Shown: positions 10,164-20,708 of the stretch, in pieces
How the letters are laid out: each line of letters begins with the position of its first letter
Numbering within the stretch: position 1 is the stretch's first letter
Origin: Candidatus Nomurabacteria bacterium
GTDB taxonomy: Bacteria; Patescibacteriota; Minisyncoccia; Phycocordibacterales; UBA918
Length of the DNA: 64,000 nt
Direction: 5' to 3'
Assembly (NCBI GenBank): GCA_020632035.1
Contig: JACKGG010000001.1
Span: 152,985 to 216,984, forward strand
The notes under the pieces: generated by a model
Told to the model about the DNA's origin: nothing
Seen by the model: only the letters and a program-made list of their open reading frames with translations
Database searches by the model: none
Made by a program: the position numbers and the translations under genes

Positions 10164-10928
10164 TTATTTTTTATCTTTTGAATTTTTCAAATTTCGTATA
10201 AATATTGATGCGTCCAAAAGACTATCAAAAGTACCAGTATCAAACCATTCCTTTTCTAAGAAGACTCCTTCTAGAGTTCCTTCTTTAACATACAGGTTAT
10301 TTATTGAAGTTATTTCGTATTCACCTCTGTCAGATTTATGTTGACCGATTGTTTTTTGCACAACAGAGTTGTCATACATATATAAACCAGTGACCGCATA
10401 GTTTGTTTTAGGTTTTTTTGGCTTTTCTTCTATTGAAAGTATTTTCCCTGACTCATTTATTTCGGCTACACCAAAACGTTCTGGATCTTGAACTTCCTTT
10501 AGAAACACTCTCGCCCCACCATTAAATGTGTCGACATAAGGTTTTATATTGTCCATGAAAATATTATCTCCAAGATGAAATAGGCAGGAGTCATTACCAA
10601 TGAAACCTCTAGCCATAGCAAGATTATGTCCAATCCCTAGTGGTTCATTTTGTATCGCGTAGACTATTTGTATTTGATGTCCGGTATTGATAGATATAAA
10701 ATCTTTACCTGAGCCAAGTAGTTTGACGTAATCATTTATATGGTGAGGGTTTGTGACAATGAGTATTTCATCTATACCGGCTTCTACTAAAGTGTGAATT
10801 CCATAATATATAACTGGCTTATCATAAACTGATAAAAGATGCTTGTTCGTGGCTGTTGTTAGTGGAGCAAGTCGTGTCCCTTCCCCGCCGGCTGCTATTA
10901 TTCCTTTCATATAATTGTTTAAAACCAA
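10164..10928 (-). CDS. rfbA: Glucose-1-phosphate thymidylyltransferase-like sugar nucleotidyltransferase
   Basis: MKGIIAAGGEGTRLAPLTTATNKHLL N-terminal nucleotidyltransferase signature; adjacent to rfbB. Confidence 0.6.
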   Translation of the reverse strand: MVLNNYMKGIIAAGGEGTRLAPLTTATNKHLLSVYDKPVIYYGIHTLVEAGIDEILIVTNPHHINDYVKLLGSGKDFISINTGHQIQIVYAIQNEPLGIGHNLAMARGFIGNDSCLFHLGDNIFMDNIKPYVDTFNGGARVFLKEVQDPERFGVAEINESGKILSIEEKPKKPKTNYAVTGLYMYDNSVVQKTIGQHKSDRGEYEITSINNLYVKEGTLEGVFLEKEWFDTGTFDSLLDASIFIRNLKNSKDKK

Positions 10929-10952
10929 TTCTTTTTATAATAAGTTACCTTG

Positions 10953-11576
10953 CTATTTGTTTGCATACACCACATAACCTAGTGGATAAAAATCTTTGGT
11001 ATACATTTCCCCTTTAAAAAGATTTTCTAACAATTTATCCAATAAAAAACCCAGTTTGATTGAAATAAATCTTAAAATTGGAAAGTGTAGAGCGTTAAAT
11101 TTAAGCTGTGACACAGCACCATAGACACCGGTTCCAACTGCTTCCACCCTTACCTCTTCGAAGCCTGCGTCTTTAAAAAGCCTTTCGAGGGTATCTCCAG
11201 TAAACCGCCAGTGATCATTGGGGCTTGGGTGGACTTGTACTAAAAATGGTACGGCAAAAATAGCAGTTCCTCCTGTCTTCAGTATTCTTCTTGTCTCATT
11301 GATAACATTCCTATAATTATAGATGTGCTCAAGCACATTTATACATAACACTCCATCAAAAGTAGAATCTGCAATCGGAAATGGTTTTTCTAGATCAATC
11401 TTAATATCATTTTCATTATCAACTTCTAAGTTGGCCATAACCAAATCAAACTCCCCGACAAAATTTTTTGGGTAGTCAGATTTTCTTGAACCACCTAAGT
11501 CAAGAATCCTTCCATCCAGACTAATCCCAGACAACTCCTCATACAATAATTTTCTCCATGGTGATCTGACTGTCAT
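10953..11576 (-). CDS. Class I SAM-dependent methyltransferase
   Basis: ILDLGGSRKSD motif I, VLCINVLEHIYN, GGTAIF motifs. Confidence 0.55.
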   Translation of the reverse strand: MTVRSPWRKLLYEELSGISLDGRILDLGGSRKSDYPKNFVGEFDLVMANLEVDNENDIKIDLEKPFPIADSTFDGVLCINVLEHIYNYRNVINETRRILKTGGTAIFAVPFLVQVHPSPNDHWRFTGDTLERLFKDAGFEEVRVEAVGTGVYGAVSQLKFNALHFPILRFISIKLGFLLDKLLENLFKGEMYTKDFYPLGYVVYANK

Positions 11577-11580
11577 AATT

Positions 11581-12195
11581 TTATTTATTGATCAAGATAC
11601 TTTGAATATCTAAATCACTAGTCTTAAGGTAATCCACGTTGCTAGATTTTACCACGCCGACTACTCTGCTTAAATTATCGTGCATATTAGTCTTCCAAGA
11701 CTCAAACATGTCCTTTCCTGACTCCATTCTGACATGATCTGGGTTATATCTGTTTTTTAATACTTCAATGTGATCAACATGCACAAGAGCGCTTCCTACC
11801 GGACCCATAGTCAATAATTTTTTTATAGTTTGTTCAGAATGAACATCTGCAGAATATGAGAGAAATCTTTGAACCAGACCTTCGTCTACCACTACATACT
11901 TTTGGGTAGATTTTTTTGCATCATCTATCTTTTTTAGAGATGAAAAAAAGATAGACAGATCATATTTAAAAATTTTCCAATTTTTATTTTTTTGGTAGTT
12001 TTTGAAGATTAATAAAAACCAAGAATAAACCACAAATGGGTATTTTATTGTTAAAGGGAACAATTTGAACTTATTTTGGTCGTGAGGAATAATTTCGAAG
12101 TTGTATTCTTCTTTAAGTTTTTCAGAAAAGGTAGTCTTCCCTACTCCGGGAAGGCCATACAACTCGACGATAACCTTACTTTTTTCTGGCGACAT
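11581..12195 (-). CDS. P-loop NTPase, small-molecule/nucleoside kinase-like
   Basis: Walker A LYGLPGVGKTTFSEKL; ORF track 11581..12219, internal ATG (MSPEKSK) preferred. Confidence 0.4.
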   Translation of the reverse strand: MSPEKSKVIVELYGLPGVGKTTFSEKLKEEYNFEIIPHDQNKFKLFPLTIKYPFVVYSWFLLIFKNYQKNKNWKIFKYDLSIFFSSLKKIDDAKKSTQKYVVVDEGLVQRFLSYSADVHSEQTIKKLLTMGPVGSALVHVDHIEVLKNRYNPDHVRMESGKDMFESWKTNMHDNLSRVVGVVKSSNVDYLKTSDLDIQSILINK

Positions 12196-13579
12196 AGATG
12201 TAGCTTTCGGTAAAAGCATTATTAATAAACGGCAAAGTAATCACCCCATTAGTAGCTACGTGTATATTGTGTAGGAGTTTTGAAACCGTTCGGCCTAAGG
12301 CGTACTTGGTCTTGATTCTAGAGACAGCACTAAGATTAGTCTCTACTTTAAAACCTGTTTGTTTAAGCAGAGAAATCATTTCTTCCTTGCTTATTTGACC
12401 CTTATGCAGGTCTTTCTTCTGAGTTTCTTTGGTTCTAGAATGTTCGGGATTCTTGGTAACAATTACTAATTTACCTCCATCATTAAGTAAGTCATAAAAC
12501 TTTTTTACCACCGCTGGCTTATCCTCAAAGTATTCAAAACATCTGATACCACAAATCAAATCAAATTTTGCGTCACTTGAAAAGCGCTCTATATCGCTAT
12601 GGACATAAGAAATCTTATTGTTTTCTGGGAACCGCTTTTTTGCTCGTTTAAGCATTTCTTCAGATTGATCTAAAAGAGTAATCTTTTCAGTGTGAGGAAT
12701 AATCAAATCTGTCCATACCGCATCGCCAGGACCAATTTCTAGAGTCTGTCTAGCCTGCACCCCCCGCAAGGCTCTCTCAATCACCTTCTTTGTCTGATGA
12801 TAATCAAACTCTCTTGGTTTGCTAGAAAACCAACGTGCAGTCTTGTAGTCTTCTGGATTATTTCTTAGAAAATCATTGTAATACTCTTCAGCAAATTCAT
12901 TCTCCACGTTTGGTTTCTTTTCCAAATCGATAAAATACCGATAGGGATCAAACACGACATGTCGTCTTTTTGTAATGTTGAAAAATTTCGACACCACTCC
13001 CTCTACCACTTTCTTTGTAGTGACGGTATCAATTTCCCAGTAATGTTGCTGTGAAAACTCAAAGCCTAAAAACTTTATTGGTTTTTTAATTATAAAGTGA
13101 ATCCACGGTCTTTTAAGCAGGGTTCTAATATAAGGAAACTTTATTAAAACTTCAAAAGCTACATTTCTGTATGGCAGTGAGATAAACACCTTGCCCTTAC
13201 TAATCCTAGATAACTCTTTTAAAGCAACTGGGAAGTCTTCAAATGGTAGATGCTCCAAAACCTCAAACACTGCCACCGCATCGAAAGATTCGTCCTCACA
13301 GGGCATGTTCCTCACGTCAGCTACTATGTCAGGCTTTAAATCTGGATCAATGTCACAGATAGTCACGTTTATACCCAACACTTCTTTCAAGTAATAAGGG
13401 ACCAATCCGTCTCCAGGACCGACCAAAAGAATGTTTTTAACTCCAGCATCACGTAAAGTTACAATCTGATGTTGATAGGAAATAAAACGTTCTACGGTAG
13501 AATATTTTGGTTGTCGATAGTAATCATGCTTTACCTGAATCTTTGATCGTGTGTCATTTGCGTCTGTCATATCATTCAT
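12176..13579 (-). CDS. Tandem double SAM-dependent methyltransferase (two class I MTase domains)
   Basis: Two separate motif I regions: ILLVGPGDGLVPYYL (N-domain) and TLEIGPGDAVWTDLI (C-domain), each followed by acidic loop/motif II. Confidence 0.55.
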   Translation of the reverse strand: MNDMTDANDTRSKIQVKHDYYRQPKYSTVERFISYQHQIVTLRDAGVKNILLVGPGDGLVPYYLKEVLGINVTICDIDPDLKPDIVADVRNMPCEDESFDAVAVFEVLEHLPFEDFPVALKELSRISKGKVFISLPYRNVAFEVLIKFPYIRTLLKRPWIHFIIKKPIKFLGFEFSQQHYWEIDTVTTKKVVEGVVSKFFNITKRRHVVFDPYRYFIDLEKKPNVENEFAEEYYNDFLRNNPEDYKTARWFSSKPREFDYHQTKKVIERALRGVQARQTLEIGPGDAVWTDLIIPHTEKITLLDQSEEMLKRAKKRFPENNKISYVHSDIERFSSDAKFDLICGIRCFEYFEDKPAVVKKFYDLLNDGGKLVIVTKNPEHSRTKETQKKDLHKGQISKEEMISLLKQTGFKVETNLSAVSRIKTKYALGRTVSKLLHNIHVATNGVITLPFINNAFTESYIYVARKK

Positions 13580-13608
13580 TTATTACTCAAAAAGGCTATC
13601 GAAAGTTG

Positions 13609-14463
13609 TTATTTTTCATCCGGCATTACTTCTAGGCCGTACACCTCTCTGACCAAATCAATATTCTTCTTACTCGCTAATAACAACTCGATATTTTTTG
13701 CTTCTAGTGCTTTTAGTACCGCTAAACCTTCTTCATCCATCTCAAGCAAGGATTCATAATGATGACGAAAGGCTGCCATGTCTTTGATGAAGCAGTTTCC
13801 ACCAGCTCCCCTACCTCCCTTATGTACTGGGTCGTTATAATACGGAGACATCATTACATCACTATCCATCATGTTTTTTATTGGTTCCCAATCAGCTCCC
13901 ACGTGAGTGGCCATTTCGTATAATAAATTCGCTAAAATAATGCGAAAGTAACCTTGTATATTATGTGCGTACTTTTGAATCTCAGCTTGTTCTGCTGTCA
14001 CGACAAAATTATGTTCTGAGTGGGGCAAAACACCCATTACTTTTTCTGCGGCCTTCTTTTGCTCTTCTATATCTTGGGTATAGCCAACCACATTCATGAT
14101 TGGATTAGCAGCATCAAAGACGGCCGTTTTTTCAGCCAAGAATTCTGGAGAAAATAAGATTGTTTTAGTTGGAAATTTTTCTTGTAGTTGGCGGGTTGAG
14201 CCTGGCAAGATAGTGGACTTAATCACTACTACCGCCCTATCGGCTACTAAATCTATAACCGACTCAACTATGCCAATATTAGGCCCGGCTGGACCAGTAG
14301 GAGTTGGTACGGCAATAAAAACAATCTCACAATCAGCAATCTTGGTGGCATTATCTTTGTATTCTGGTTCGAGTGCATAACGTACTACTTCATAGCCACG
14401 ATTTTCAAAATCATCACTCATGTTTTTACCCACAAACCCTTGTCCGATATACCCGATTTTCAT
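13609..14463 (-). CDS. NAD-binding dehydrogenase, UDP-glucose/GDP-mannose dehydrogenase N-domain-like
   Basis: MKIGYIGQGFVGKNM Rossmann fold, EIVFIAVPTP motif; only 284 aa so assignment tentative. Confidence 0.35.
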   Translation of the reverse strand: MKIGYIGQGFVGKNMSDDFENRGYEVVRYALEPEYKDNATKIADCEIVFIAVPTPTGPAGPNIGIVESVIDLVADRAVVVIKSTILPGSTRQLQEKFPTKTILFSPEFLAEKTAVFDAANPIMNVVGYTQDIEEQKKAAEKVMGVLPHSEHNFVVTAEQAEIQKYAHNIQGYFRIILANLLYEMATHVGADWEPIKNMMDSDVMMSPYYNDPVHKGGRGAGGNCFIKDMAAFRHHYESLLEMDEEGLAVLKALEAKNIELLLASKKNIDLVREVYGLEVMPDEK

Positions 14464-14505
14464 AAATATATTGCCTATTACTTTACCATTTTTGCCCGGC
14501 TCTTC

Positions 14506-15525
14506 CTATATCTGCAGTACTTGCTTGACCAATGCACTCAGGGAATGTCTCTCCAGCACTTGGTTACGTAATTTTTCAATCGCTTCTGCTTCATACTTAA
14601 ATTGCTTGAAAAAATCAGTTAAGGTGGTGGTGTCTGCCACTGTGATTGACCTATTGCCCAACAAATCTTTTAAATCCATATTGGTAGTGACAATGTCACA
14701 TCCACACAAAATAGCTTCGCCAATGACTTTATCAAACATACCAGGTGGGCTCATATTAATACATAACTCGTGAGCACTATATATTTCTGGCAAGTCGGCC
14801 CAGGGGGTAGGCCCTGCGAATTTTACTGGCAAAGAATTTGCTGCGGCAAATTCTTTGAGCTCTTTAAGATAGGATTCATCTTCAATTGATGATGGGCCAC
14901 CAACTATGGTCAAAGCTGAAACATTAGCTGAACCTACAGCCTCTTTCAGGGCTGCCAAAATCATGTCGATTCTTTTTGAACGTGAAATCCTCCCTACATA
15001 CAATAAAGACCCAGACGCCCTTTCTGCCTCTTTTGGTTTAAAAAGTAATTCATCAAGACCGATTGGCATCCGCACAGAGTTGCTAAAACGCGCGGTATAG
15101 GAGGATTCTGAAGTGAAGTAGACCTGGTTACACAACCAAGCAGCAATATGAGTTAGGAAGCTGCCCGAATAGTGGTTCCGCCACATACCTAGCTTGATTC
15201 CTCGCAGTCGCCAATACAGCCCAGCCAGTAACACATACTCTTGATTCATATGTACAAAAACTTGATCGTAATCGTGTCGGTGCTGCCAGAGTATTTTATA
15301 AAAACGCCACAAGTAGGTAAGCCTACCCTTTCCTTCCTCCTTTCCGAGCGAAAAGACTCGGACATTATCCGGCAAATCACACTTGCCTTTTTGCAGGCAG
15401 ATCACCGTCACCTGTTCGCAGTGTTGGGAGAATTCTTCTACCGAGCGGTGAAAGAACCCTAGGATAGGGTGATTGCTATCTATGACTTGAGTGATAATTA
15501 GTAGTCTCATACTTAATAAAACCAA
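14506..15525 (-). CDS. Glycosyltransferase (GT4-like)
   Basis: GT-B fold glycosyltransferase features; located among GT4 genes in the glycan locus. Confidence 0.45.
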   Translation of the reverse strand: MVLLSMRLLIITQVIDSNHPILGFFHRSVEEFSQHCEQVTVICLQKGKCDLPDNVRVFSLGKEEGKGRLTYLWRFYKILWQHRHDYDQVFVHMNQEYVLLAGLYWRLRGIKLGMWRNHYSGSFLTHIAAWLCNQVYFTSESSYTARFSNSVRMPIGLDELLFKPKEAERASGSLLYVGRISRSKRIDMILAALKEAVGSANVSALTIVGGPSSIEDESYLKELKEFAAANSLPVKFAGPTPWADLPEIYSAHELCINMSPPGMFDKVIGEAILCGCDIVTTNMDLKDLLGNRSITVADTTTLTDFFKQFKYEAEAIEKLRNQVLERHSLSALVKQVLQI

Positions 15526-15543
15526 CTAGGCTGGTCTTTGGTT

Positions 15544-16416
15544 TTACTTTACTGCGATAACATCATAATGAACAGCAAAGTATGGTTTGAGGCGGGCCGG
15601 AGTGATTTTCTCTAATACTTTATTTATTGGTTTAGCTAGCCCTACTCGCCAGACAATTTCTAGAGGTTTGGGTATAAAAATGAGAGTTTTGGGTAATACG
15701 CTATAACCGACTGGTCGGAGCTCTACTTCTGTGAACCCTTCAAAAAGGCGCATGATTTCCTTACTGCGATAATACCTGACAGGACCATTTTTAAATGGTT
15801 TACCCATAAGATTCAGTAACATCTGGTAAGTATGTCCTTGAAGACCCATAAAGGTAGCCGATCGTGGAAAAGAAGAATACACCAGTACTCGCCCTCCTGG
15901 CTTCACCACGCGCTTTATTTCTAGCATGGCGTTCTCAACTACACTTTTGTGATTGTGAAGAAATACAGCGCAGACAATGGCTACGTCTATCGACGAGTCC
16001 TTGAGAGGAATCGTGTGTATATCAGCATTGAGTAGAAGCAGCGGGGTTTTTTGTTCAGCTTGATTATCTCTATAACGCTTCTTAAAAAGACCAAGCATTT
16101 CGTAAGAACTATCTACTCCAATGTAGCCAGCGAGGTTCATACTAGGAAGCAAATACTTTGCCACCCGACCATAACCAGCTCCACAATCCAAAAGAACGTC
16201 TTCTGGTTTAAGAAAATGTTTTAGGTCATTTATTTGCTCTGATGATTTCTTAAAGGCTTCTTCTTCATTACCAGCAGAAATAACCGCGTGGGTTGGGTTT
16301 TCTACTGCCAGCTTGTCCCAAACTGTCTTATCAGCAATTTCCTTAGCGACGTAAATATCATCTTTCTCGATTGTGCAATTTGGTTTTATTAGGTTAGATA
16401 AGGTTTCAAGACTCAT
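15544..16416 (-). CDS. Class I SAM-dependent methyltransferase
   Basis: VLLDCGAGYGRVAKYL motif I; VAIVCAVFLHN; PGGRVLV. Confidence 0.55.
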   Translation of the reverse strand: MSLETLSNLIKPNCTIEKDDIYVAKEIADKTVWDKLAVENPTHAVISAGNEEEAFKKSSEQINDLKHFLKPEDVLLDCGAGYGRVAKYLLPSMNLAGYIGVDSSYEMLGLFKKRYRDNQAEQKTPLLLLNADIHTIPLKDSSIDVAIVCAVFLHNHKSVVENAMLEIKRVVKPGGRVLVYSSFPRSATFMGLQGHTYQMLLNLMGKPFKNGPVRYYRSKEIMRLFEGFTEVELRPVGYSVLPKTLIFIPKPLEIVWRVGLAKPINKVLEKITPARLKPYFAVHYDVIAVK

Positions 16417-16461
16417 AGTTGCCGACCATCATAACATCCTAGATAATTGAGTGCCAGAATA

Positions 16462-17814
16462 CTATGCTTCCTCTGCTTTAAATTCTTCTTCAGATTCTTC
16501 TATATCGGTAAAGAATGCCTGTTCGATGCTTGTTCTGTAAGCAGACCGGTATTCACTCGGATCACTGTGGAATTTTTCTCGGATAATGTCTTGCGTGTTC
16601 AGGGTGAATTGCCTTCTTAGACCAACGTCGTTCAACAAGTCATTGATTCTCACGGTGAAAGAATCGGTATCAGTTTGCTCGCATAAAAATGCTGATTCGC
16701 CATCGACAAAAGTGTCCTCTCTTTTTTCGGTGCGAGACATTATCATCGGTATCCCAGCGGCTGCACCCTTAAGAACCAACTCTTCACTGTCAGGAGTGGT
16801 GTCACTAACCACCAAGATATTTGCTGACTTCAAATATGGTATCGGGTCCTTTGCTCTGGTCTCAAAAACTACTTGTTTTTCTATACCTAATAATTTTGAC
16901 CGCTCTACAAAGATACCCTTCCTAGGACCATCTCCAAGTACGATGAGTCCTACTCTGGGATTTCTAAGCAACCAATGAGAAGCGTCCATTACTCGGTTCA
17001 ATGAACTTTTATCATCTAACTTTCCAATATACAAAATAAAAAAGATAAGAGGCCTATACTTCTCTTTTAGATCCAGTTCTGTCTTAAGATCAATCAACCC
17101 TTCATAATCTTGATACCGGGGGAGTGTATCTACATCTTTTACAATAAACTTTTTCTGGATCACGGCTTGGATGGTTCCGGTCAAAGTTCTGACACTACTA
17201 AACCTCGGAAGAGTGAAGAAAGGTAGAAATAGACGCCAGAAATTATGCTTACTCCTTTGTACAAACTCAGACGTACTAAAATCCTCAAGTACGTGGAGCT
17301 GGGTTGGTTTTTTATATTTTTTGGCTAATTTTAGAGCCACTACAGCAGACTCAAAAGGGTCTCTCGCTACAATCAAATCTGGACGAAATCCGCTAGCGAA
17401 CTCCAATTGGTTTTTAGCCATTTGTATACCTGAGAATGGTGTTGCCCACCAAGCTTTGGCGGAAGCTGTATATATCCACACATTGTGTGACACTCGCAAG
17501 ACTGGGTTCTTAGGTGGAATACCTTGGCGCAAAATAAGAATGTGCACCTCATCAAATAATTCTGAGATGTCGATGTAGCCATCAAGCGTTTGCTGAGCTG
17601 GGTTAAGCAGCTCTGAGTTTCTAGATATAAAAAGTACCCTGGTCACGTCTCGGTTGGAGACAGTTTTAGCAATCCGTTCTTGCCGCATTGCTACACCAGC
17701 CGCAACAGAAGGAACCACGGGCTCAGCCACTCGTACTTGTCTACGAATAACGTACTCTAGTTCGGATGATGCATTATCAGATGCATCGACCTTAGAAAGA
17801 TCTCTTCTCGCCAT
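16462..17814 (-). CDS. Glycosyltransferase family 4 with acidic C-terminal tail
   Basis: GT4-like core (LIVLGDGPRKG...VVSDTTPDSEELVLKGAAAGIPMIMS), C-terminal EESEEEFKAEEA. Confidence 0.5.
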   Translation of the reverse strand: MARRDLSKVDASDNASSELEYVIRRQVRVAEPVVPSVAAGVAMRQERIAKTVSNRDVTRVLFISRNSELLNPAQQTLDGYIDISELFDEVHILILRQGIPPKNPVLRVSHNVWIYTASAKAWWATPFSGIQMAKNQLEFASGFRPDLIVARDPFESAVVALKLAKKYKKPTQLHVLEDFSTSEFVQRSKHNFWRLFLPFFTLPRFSSVRTLTGTIQAVIQKKFIVKDVDTLPRYQDYEGLIDLKTELDLKEKYRPLIFFILYIGKLDDKSSLNRVMDASHWLLRNPRVGLIVLGDGPRKGIFVERSKLLGIEKQVVFETRAKDPIPYLKSANILVVSDTTPDSEELVLKGAAAGIPMIMSRTEKREDTFVDGESAFLCEQTDTDSFTVRINDLLNDVGLRRQFTLNTQDIIREKFHSDPSEYRSAYRTSIEQAFFTDIEESEEEFKAEEA

Positions 17815-17835
17815 TGTCGTTAGTATAGCAGTCTT

Positions 17836-18975
17836 TTACTGCTCACATGAAGTCCAGGATTCCACTATTTTTTGTACGTACTCATCGTTTGATATAGATG
17901 CTGAAAGAGCCAGTTCGTACGCCTTTCGGCCATGTTGTTTTACTAAGTTTGGGTTCATTAGGTACTGATTCATATTTTTTGCAAAAGAAGATTGATCACT
18001 AGCTACTAAGCCGTGCACTTGATCAATAATAAACTCTCCAACACAACCAACGTCTGTTGTCACCGTGGGCATGCCAGTCGCAGCTGCCTCAAGCAGCACC
18101 ATAGCCCAACCCTCATGGTTTGAAGACAAACAAAAGACATCATGTATCATCATTTCGGCTCCCACATCGTTTAACCAAGGCTTCAACACAACTTTATTTT
18201 CGAGACCAAATTCCGAAATCTTTTTTAAGATAATTTCTTCTGAAGGCCCTTCGCCTACTAGGGTAAGAGATGAGTCTGGAAAATTTTTAACTACTTGTGA
18301 AAATGATTCAATTAATAACTCTAGATTTTTTTCTGGAGAAAACCTACCTACGTATAAAAATGAACAATTGTTTGGATTTTTTTTGTTGTAGACGCGATCC
18401 TTACCTAGGCGTAAAAAACTCTCCAGATCTGCCTGGATTGGGATTACATAAATACTATTGGGGTCGACTCCTAGTGTCACCAATGATCGACTTATTCTTT
18501 TTGAAACAACACGAATACACTTAGTCTTTCTGATAATACTTTTTGCATACAAAACTCTGACACTTTGGAACAATGATCCTTTTGTACTACTCATTCCAAA
18601 CACATCTCCATGAATTTGTATTTGGTGGACAGCCAGATTATTCTTAGTAATCGCTCTAGCCACCACCGCCGTCTCGAAAGGGTCCTGACTAGAGACAACC
18701 CAACCAGACTTTTTATTAGATTTCAATATTTTCTTACCGATATTGATTGCATTGAATATTTTTTGCCAATTGAATCTCGAATTTGTTGCGTACAGATAAA
18801 TATTTCCTTCTTGTTGAAAATCAGGGAAACCTTCATCTTTTTTTGTGAAAACAATAATGTGCAACTCTTTCACTGCAGTTGCATACAGCTTCATGCGCTC
18901 TCTATCTCTGGTGCCACTTTGAAGAGCCTTTTTTGCGTAACCAATCATTACCACGTGTAAGTCTTGCCCTATCAT
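17836..18975 (-). CDS. Glycosyltransferase family 4
   Basis: SLTLVGEGPSEE...EGWAMVLLEAAATGMPTVTTDVGCVGEF EX7E motif. Confidence 0.65.
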   Translation of the reverse strand: MIGQDLHVVMIGYAKKALQSGTRDRERMKLYATAVKELHIIVFTKKDEGFPDFQQEGNIYLYATNSRFNWQKIFNAINIGKKILKSNKKSGWVVSSQDPFETAVVARAITKNNLAVHQIQIHGDVFGMSSTKGSLFQSVRVLYAKSIIRKTKCIRVVSKRISRSLVTLGVDPNSIYVIPIQADLESFLRLGKDRVYNKKNPNNCSFLYVGRFSPEKNLELLIESFSQVVKNFPDSSLTLVGEGPSEEIILKKISEFGLENKVVLKPWLNDVGAEMMIHDVFCLSSNHEGWAMVLLEAAATGMPTVTTDVGCVGEFIIDQVHGLVASDQSSFAKNMNQYLMNPNLVKQHGRKAYELALSASISNDEYVQKIVESWTSCEQ

Positions 18976-20081
18976 TTTTTAGTCTTTGAAATTAGTTCAT
19001 CTAAAGCATCCATGGTTGACTGAATACTAAACTTTTCGGCTTTAGCCTTAGCTGCTTTTGTTCGTCTGGCCCATATATCTCTGTCCATCAGAACGCTTTT
19101 TACTGCACTCTCCATGCCTATTAAGTCGTCACATTCAAACAAGAGACCTTCCTCGCCAGACTGAATCAACTCGGGAATACTGCCAACGTTGGTAGTGATA
19201 ACTGGTTTACCAGAATACATAGCTTCAACAATCTGATAGGAGAAACTCTCAAAATGTGTGTTCAGAATGAACGCGTCACTAGTACGGCACCAGCCAAAAA
19301 CATCTTCTCTGGAGACACTACCCTTTAGATAAACCCTGTGATCAAGAGATAATTCTTTTACCAGATCTATTAGGTTTTGTTTTTCTGGACCATCACCAAG
19401 TATCACCAAGTTCCAGGTTGGCAGTCTTTCCATTAATTTAATCACTGAAGAAAAACCTTTCCAAGGGACAAGTCTACCCGCAGTTACTAAAGTCAAAGAG
19501 GATGGTTTCTCTACAGCAGACGGGCTCATAGACAAATCAACGCCGTTGTAGATTGTGTGTACTTTCCTCCCTGCCACCCCCCAGGTTGTTACCAGTCTAT
19601 TGAAGTAGTCACTAGGAGTCACTACTGCGTCAGCATGCTTGGTGACAAAGGTTTGGATCTTTCTTAAAAACTGCACCCTTAGACCATATTTCTTAGTTTG
19701 AAACTCATCTATGCTGTCGGTTACTCCATAGCGCTGACTGGCTTGTTCCCAGGCATAATCACCGGGCACACGGACAAAAAAAGTCGTACCCGTTAGCTTG
19801 GCTGCCAAAATAGTCGGCAAACCAACCGAGGCAACATCTTGTGCAAAAAAGAGGTCTGAATCCTTGGCCTGCTTTAATATTAAGAAAAAGAAGTGCAGGT
19901 GTCTGAGTATTTTTGGCAAATGTCTAGACCAACTAAACGGTACAACTTCTACCTCATATCCCTTTTTAGGCAACTCTTTTTCTAGTAATACTGTATAGGT
20001 TGCCGGACCACCAATCTCAGGTGGATATAAGCCAGTAGCAATCGTTATCTTCATCCCGTTAGAGACAGGAAGTATGAGCAC
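18972..20081 (-). CDS. Glycosyltransferase family 4
   Basis: LVILGDGPEKQ...ESFSYQIVEAMYSGKPVITTNVGSIPELIQ EX7E motif. Confidence 0.65.
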   Translation of the reverse strand: MLILPVSNGMKITIATGLYPPEIGGPATYTVLLEKELPKKGYEVEVVPFSWSRHLPKILRHLHFFFLILKQAKDSDLFFAQDVASVGLPTILAAKLTGTTFFVRVPGDYAWEQASQRYGVTDSIDEFQTKKYGLRVQFLRKIQTFVTKHADAVVTPSDYFNRLVTTWGVAGRKVHTIYNGVDLSMSPSAVEKPSSLTLVTAGRLVPWKGFSSVIKLMERLPTWNLVILGDGPEKQNLIDLVKELSLDHRVYLKGSVSREDVFGWCRTSDAFILNTHFESFSYQIVEAMYSGKPVITTNVGSIPELIQSGEEGLLFECDDLIGMESAVKSVLMDRDIWARRTKAAKAKAEKFSIQSTMDALDELISKTKK

Positions 20082-20177
20082 TTCCGTCGTTTATTTTTCT
20101 TATAATATTTCGACGCATAACAGAAGGTAAAAGTAGGTTAATTATACACGGTCTAATTCTTTGGTCTCTAACGAGAT

Positions 20178-20708
20178 TCATAATGCTTCTATAATAGCAT
20201 CTACTTCCTTGAGGGAATGAACGATAAAAACATCTTTTAATGGTTCAGCTTCTGGTCTAGCTGAAGAATCACGTACCATCAAACAACAAAAGACATTCGG
20301 GCAGGCTGATTTTACTGATAGGCATTGTTCTATTTTGTCATCTACAAATACTACAGTTTCGTCAGGCGAAAATTGTTGAACAGTCTCCGCCACGCTATTC
20401 CCCTTCAAGCCTTCCATGAAAATAATTTCATTTACAAGTTCATCGAATTTGCCGCTCTGTAACTTTGCTTTTTGATAATCTGAAGCTTGTGATCCGTATC
20501 TTGGCGTACTAGCCGTCAAGATAAATAGATCTTTAATATCCTTAGTATTGAGCCATGATAATACATCTTCATATAAAAAATCTCGAGAATTGTATTTTTC
20601 CCAAACTTCTGGAATAGTGGCAAAACCCCCTATCCTATCCTTATCGATAAATTCATAACAAGTCTTTGTATCAAGAAGTGTCCGGTCAAAATCTAAAATA
20701 TACTTCAT
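20178..20708 (-). CDS. HAD-superfamily hydrolase/phosphatase-like
   Basis: N-terminal DFDRTLLDT (DxD motif I of HAD fold); small 176 aa. Confidence 0.4.
   Translation of the reverse strand: MKYILDFDRTLLDTKTCYEFIDKDRIGGFATIPEVWEKYNSRDFLYEDVLSWLNTKDIKDLFILTASTPRYGSQASDYQKAKLQSGKFDELVNEIIFMEGLKGNSVAETVQQFSPDETVVFVDDKIEQCLSVKSACPNVFCCLMVRDSSARPEAEPLKDVFIVHSLKEVDAIIEAL

Noticed and set aside
13609-14463. Full-length UDP-glucose 6-dehydrogenase
   Set aside because: Only 284 aa, and the central and C-terminal UDP-binding domain signatures are not evident. Called only as an NAD-binding dehydrogenase with N-domain similarity.
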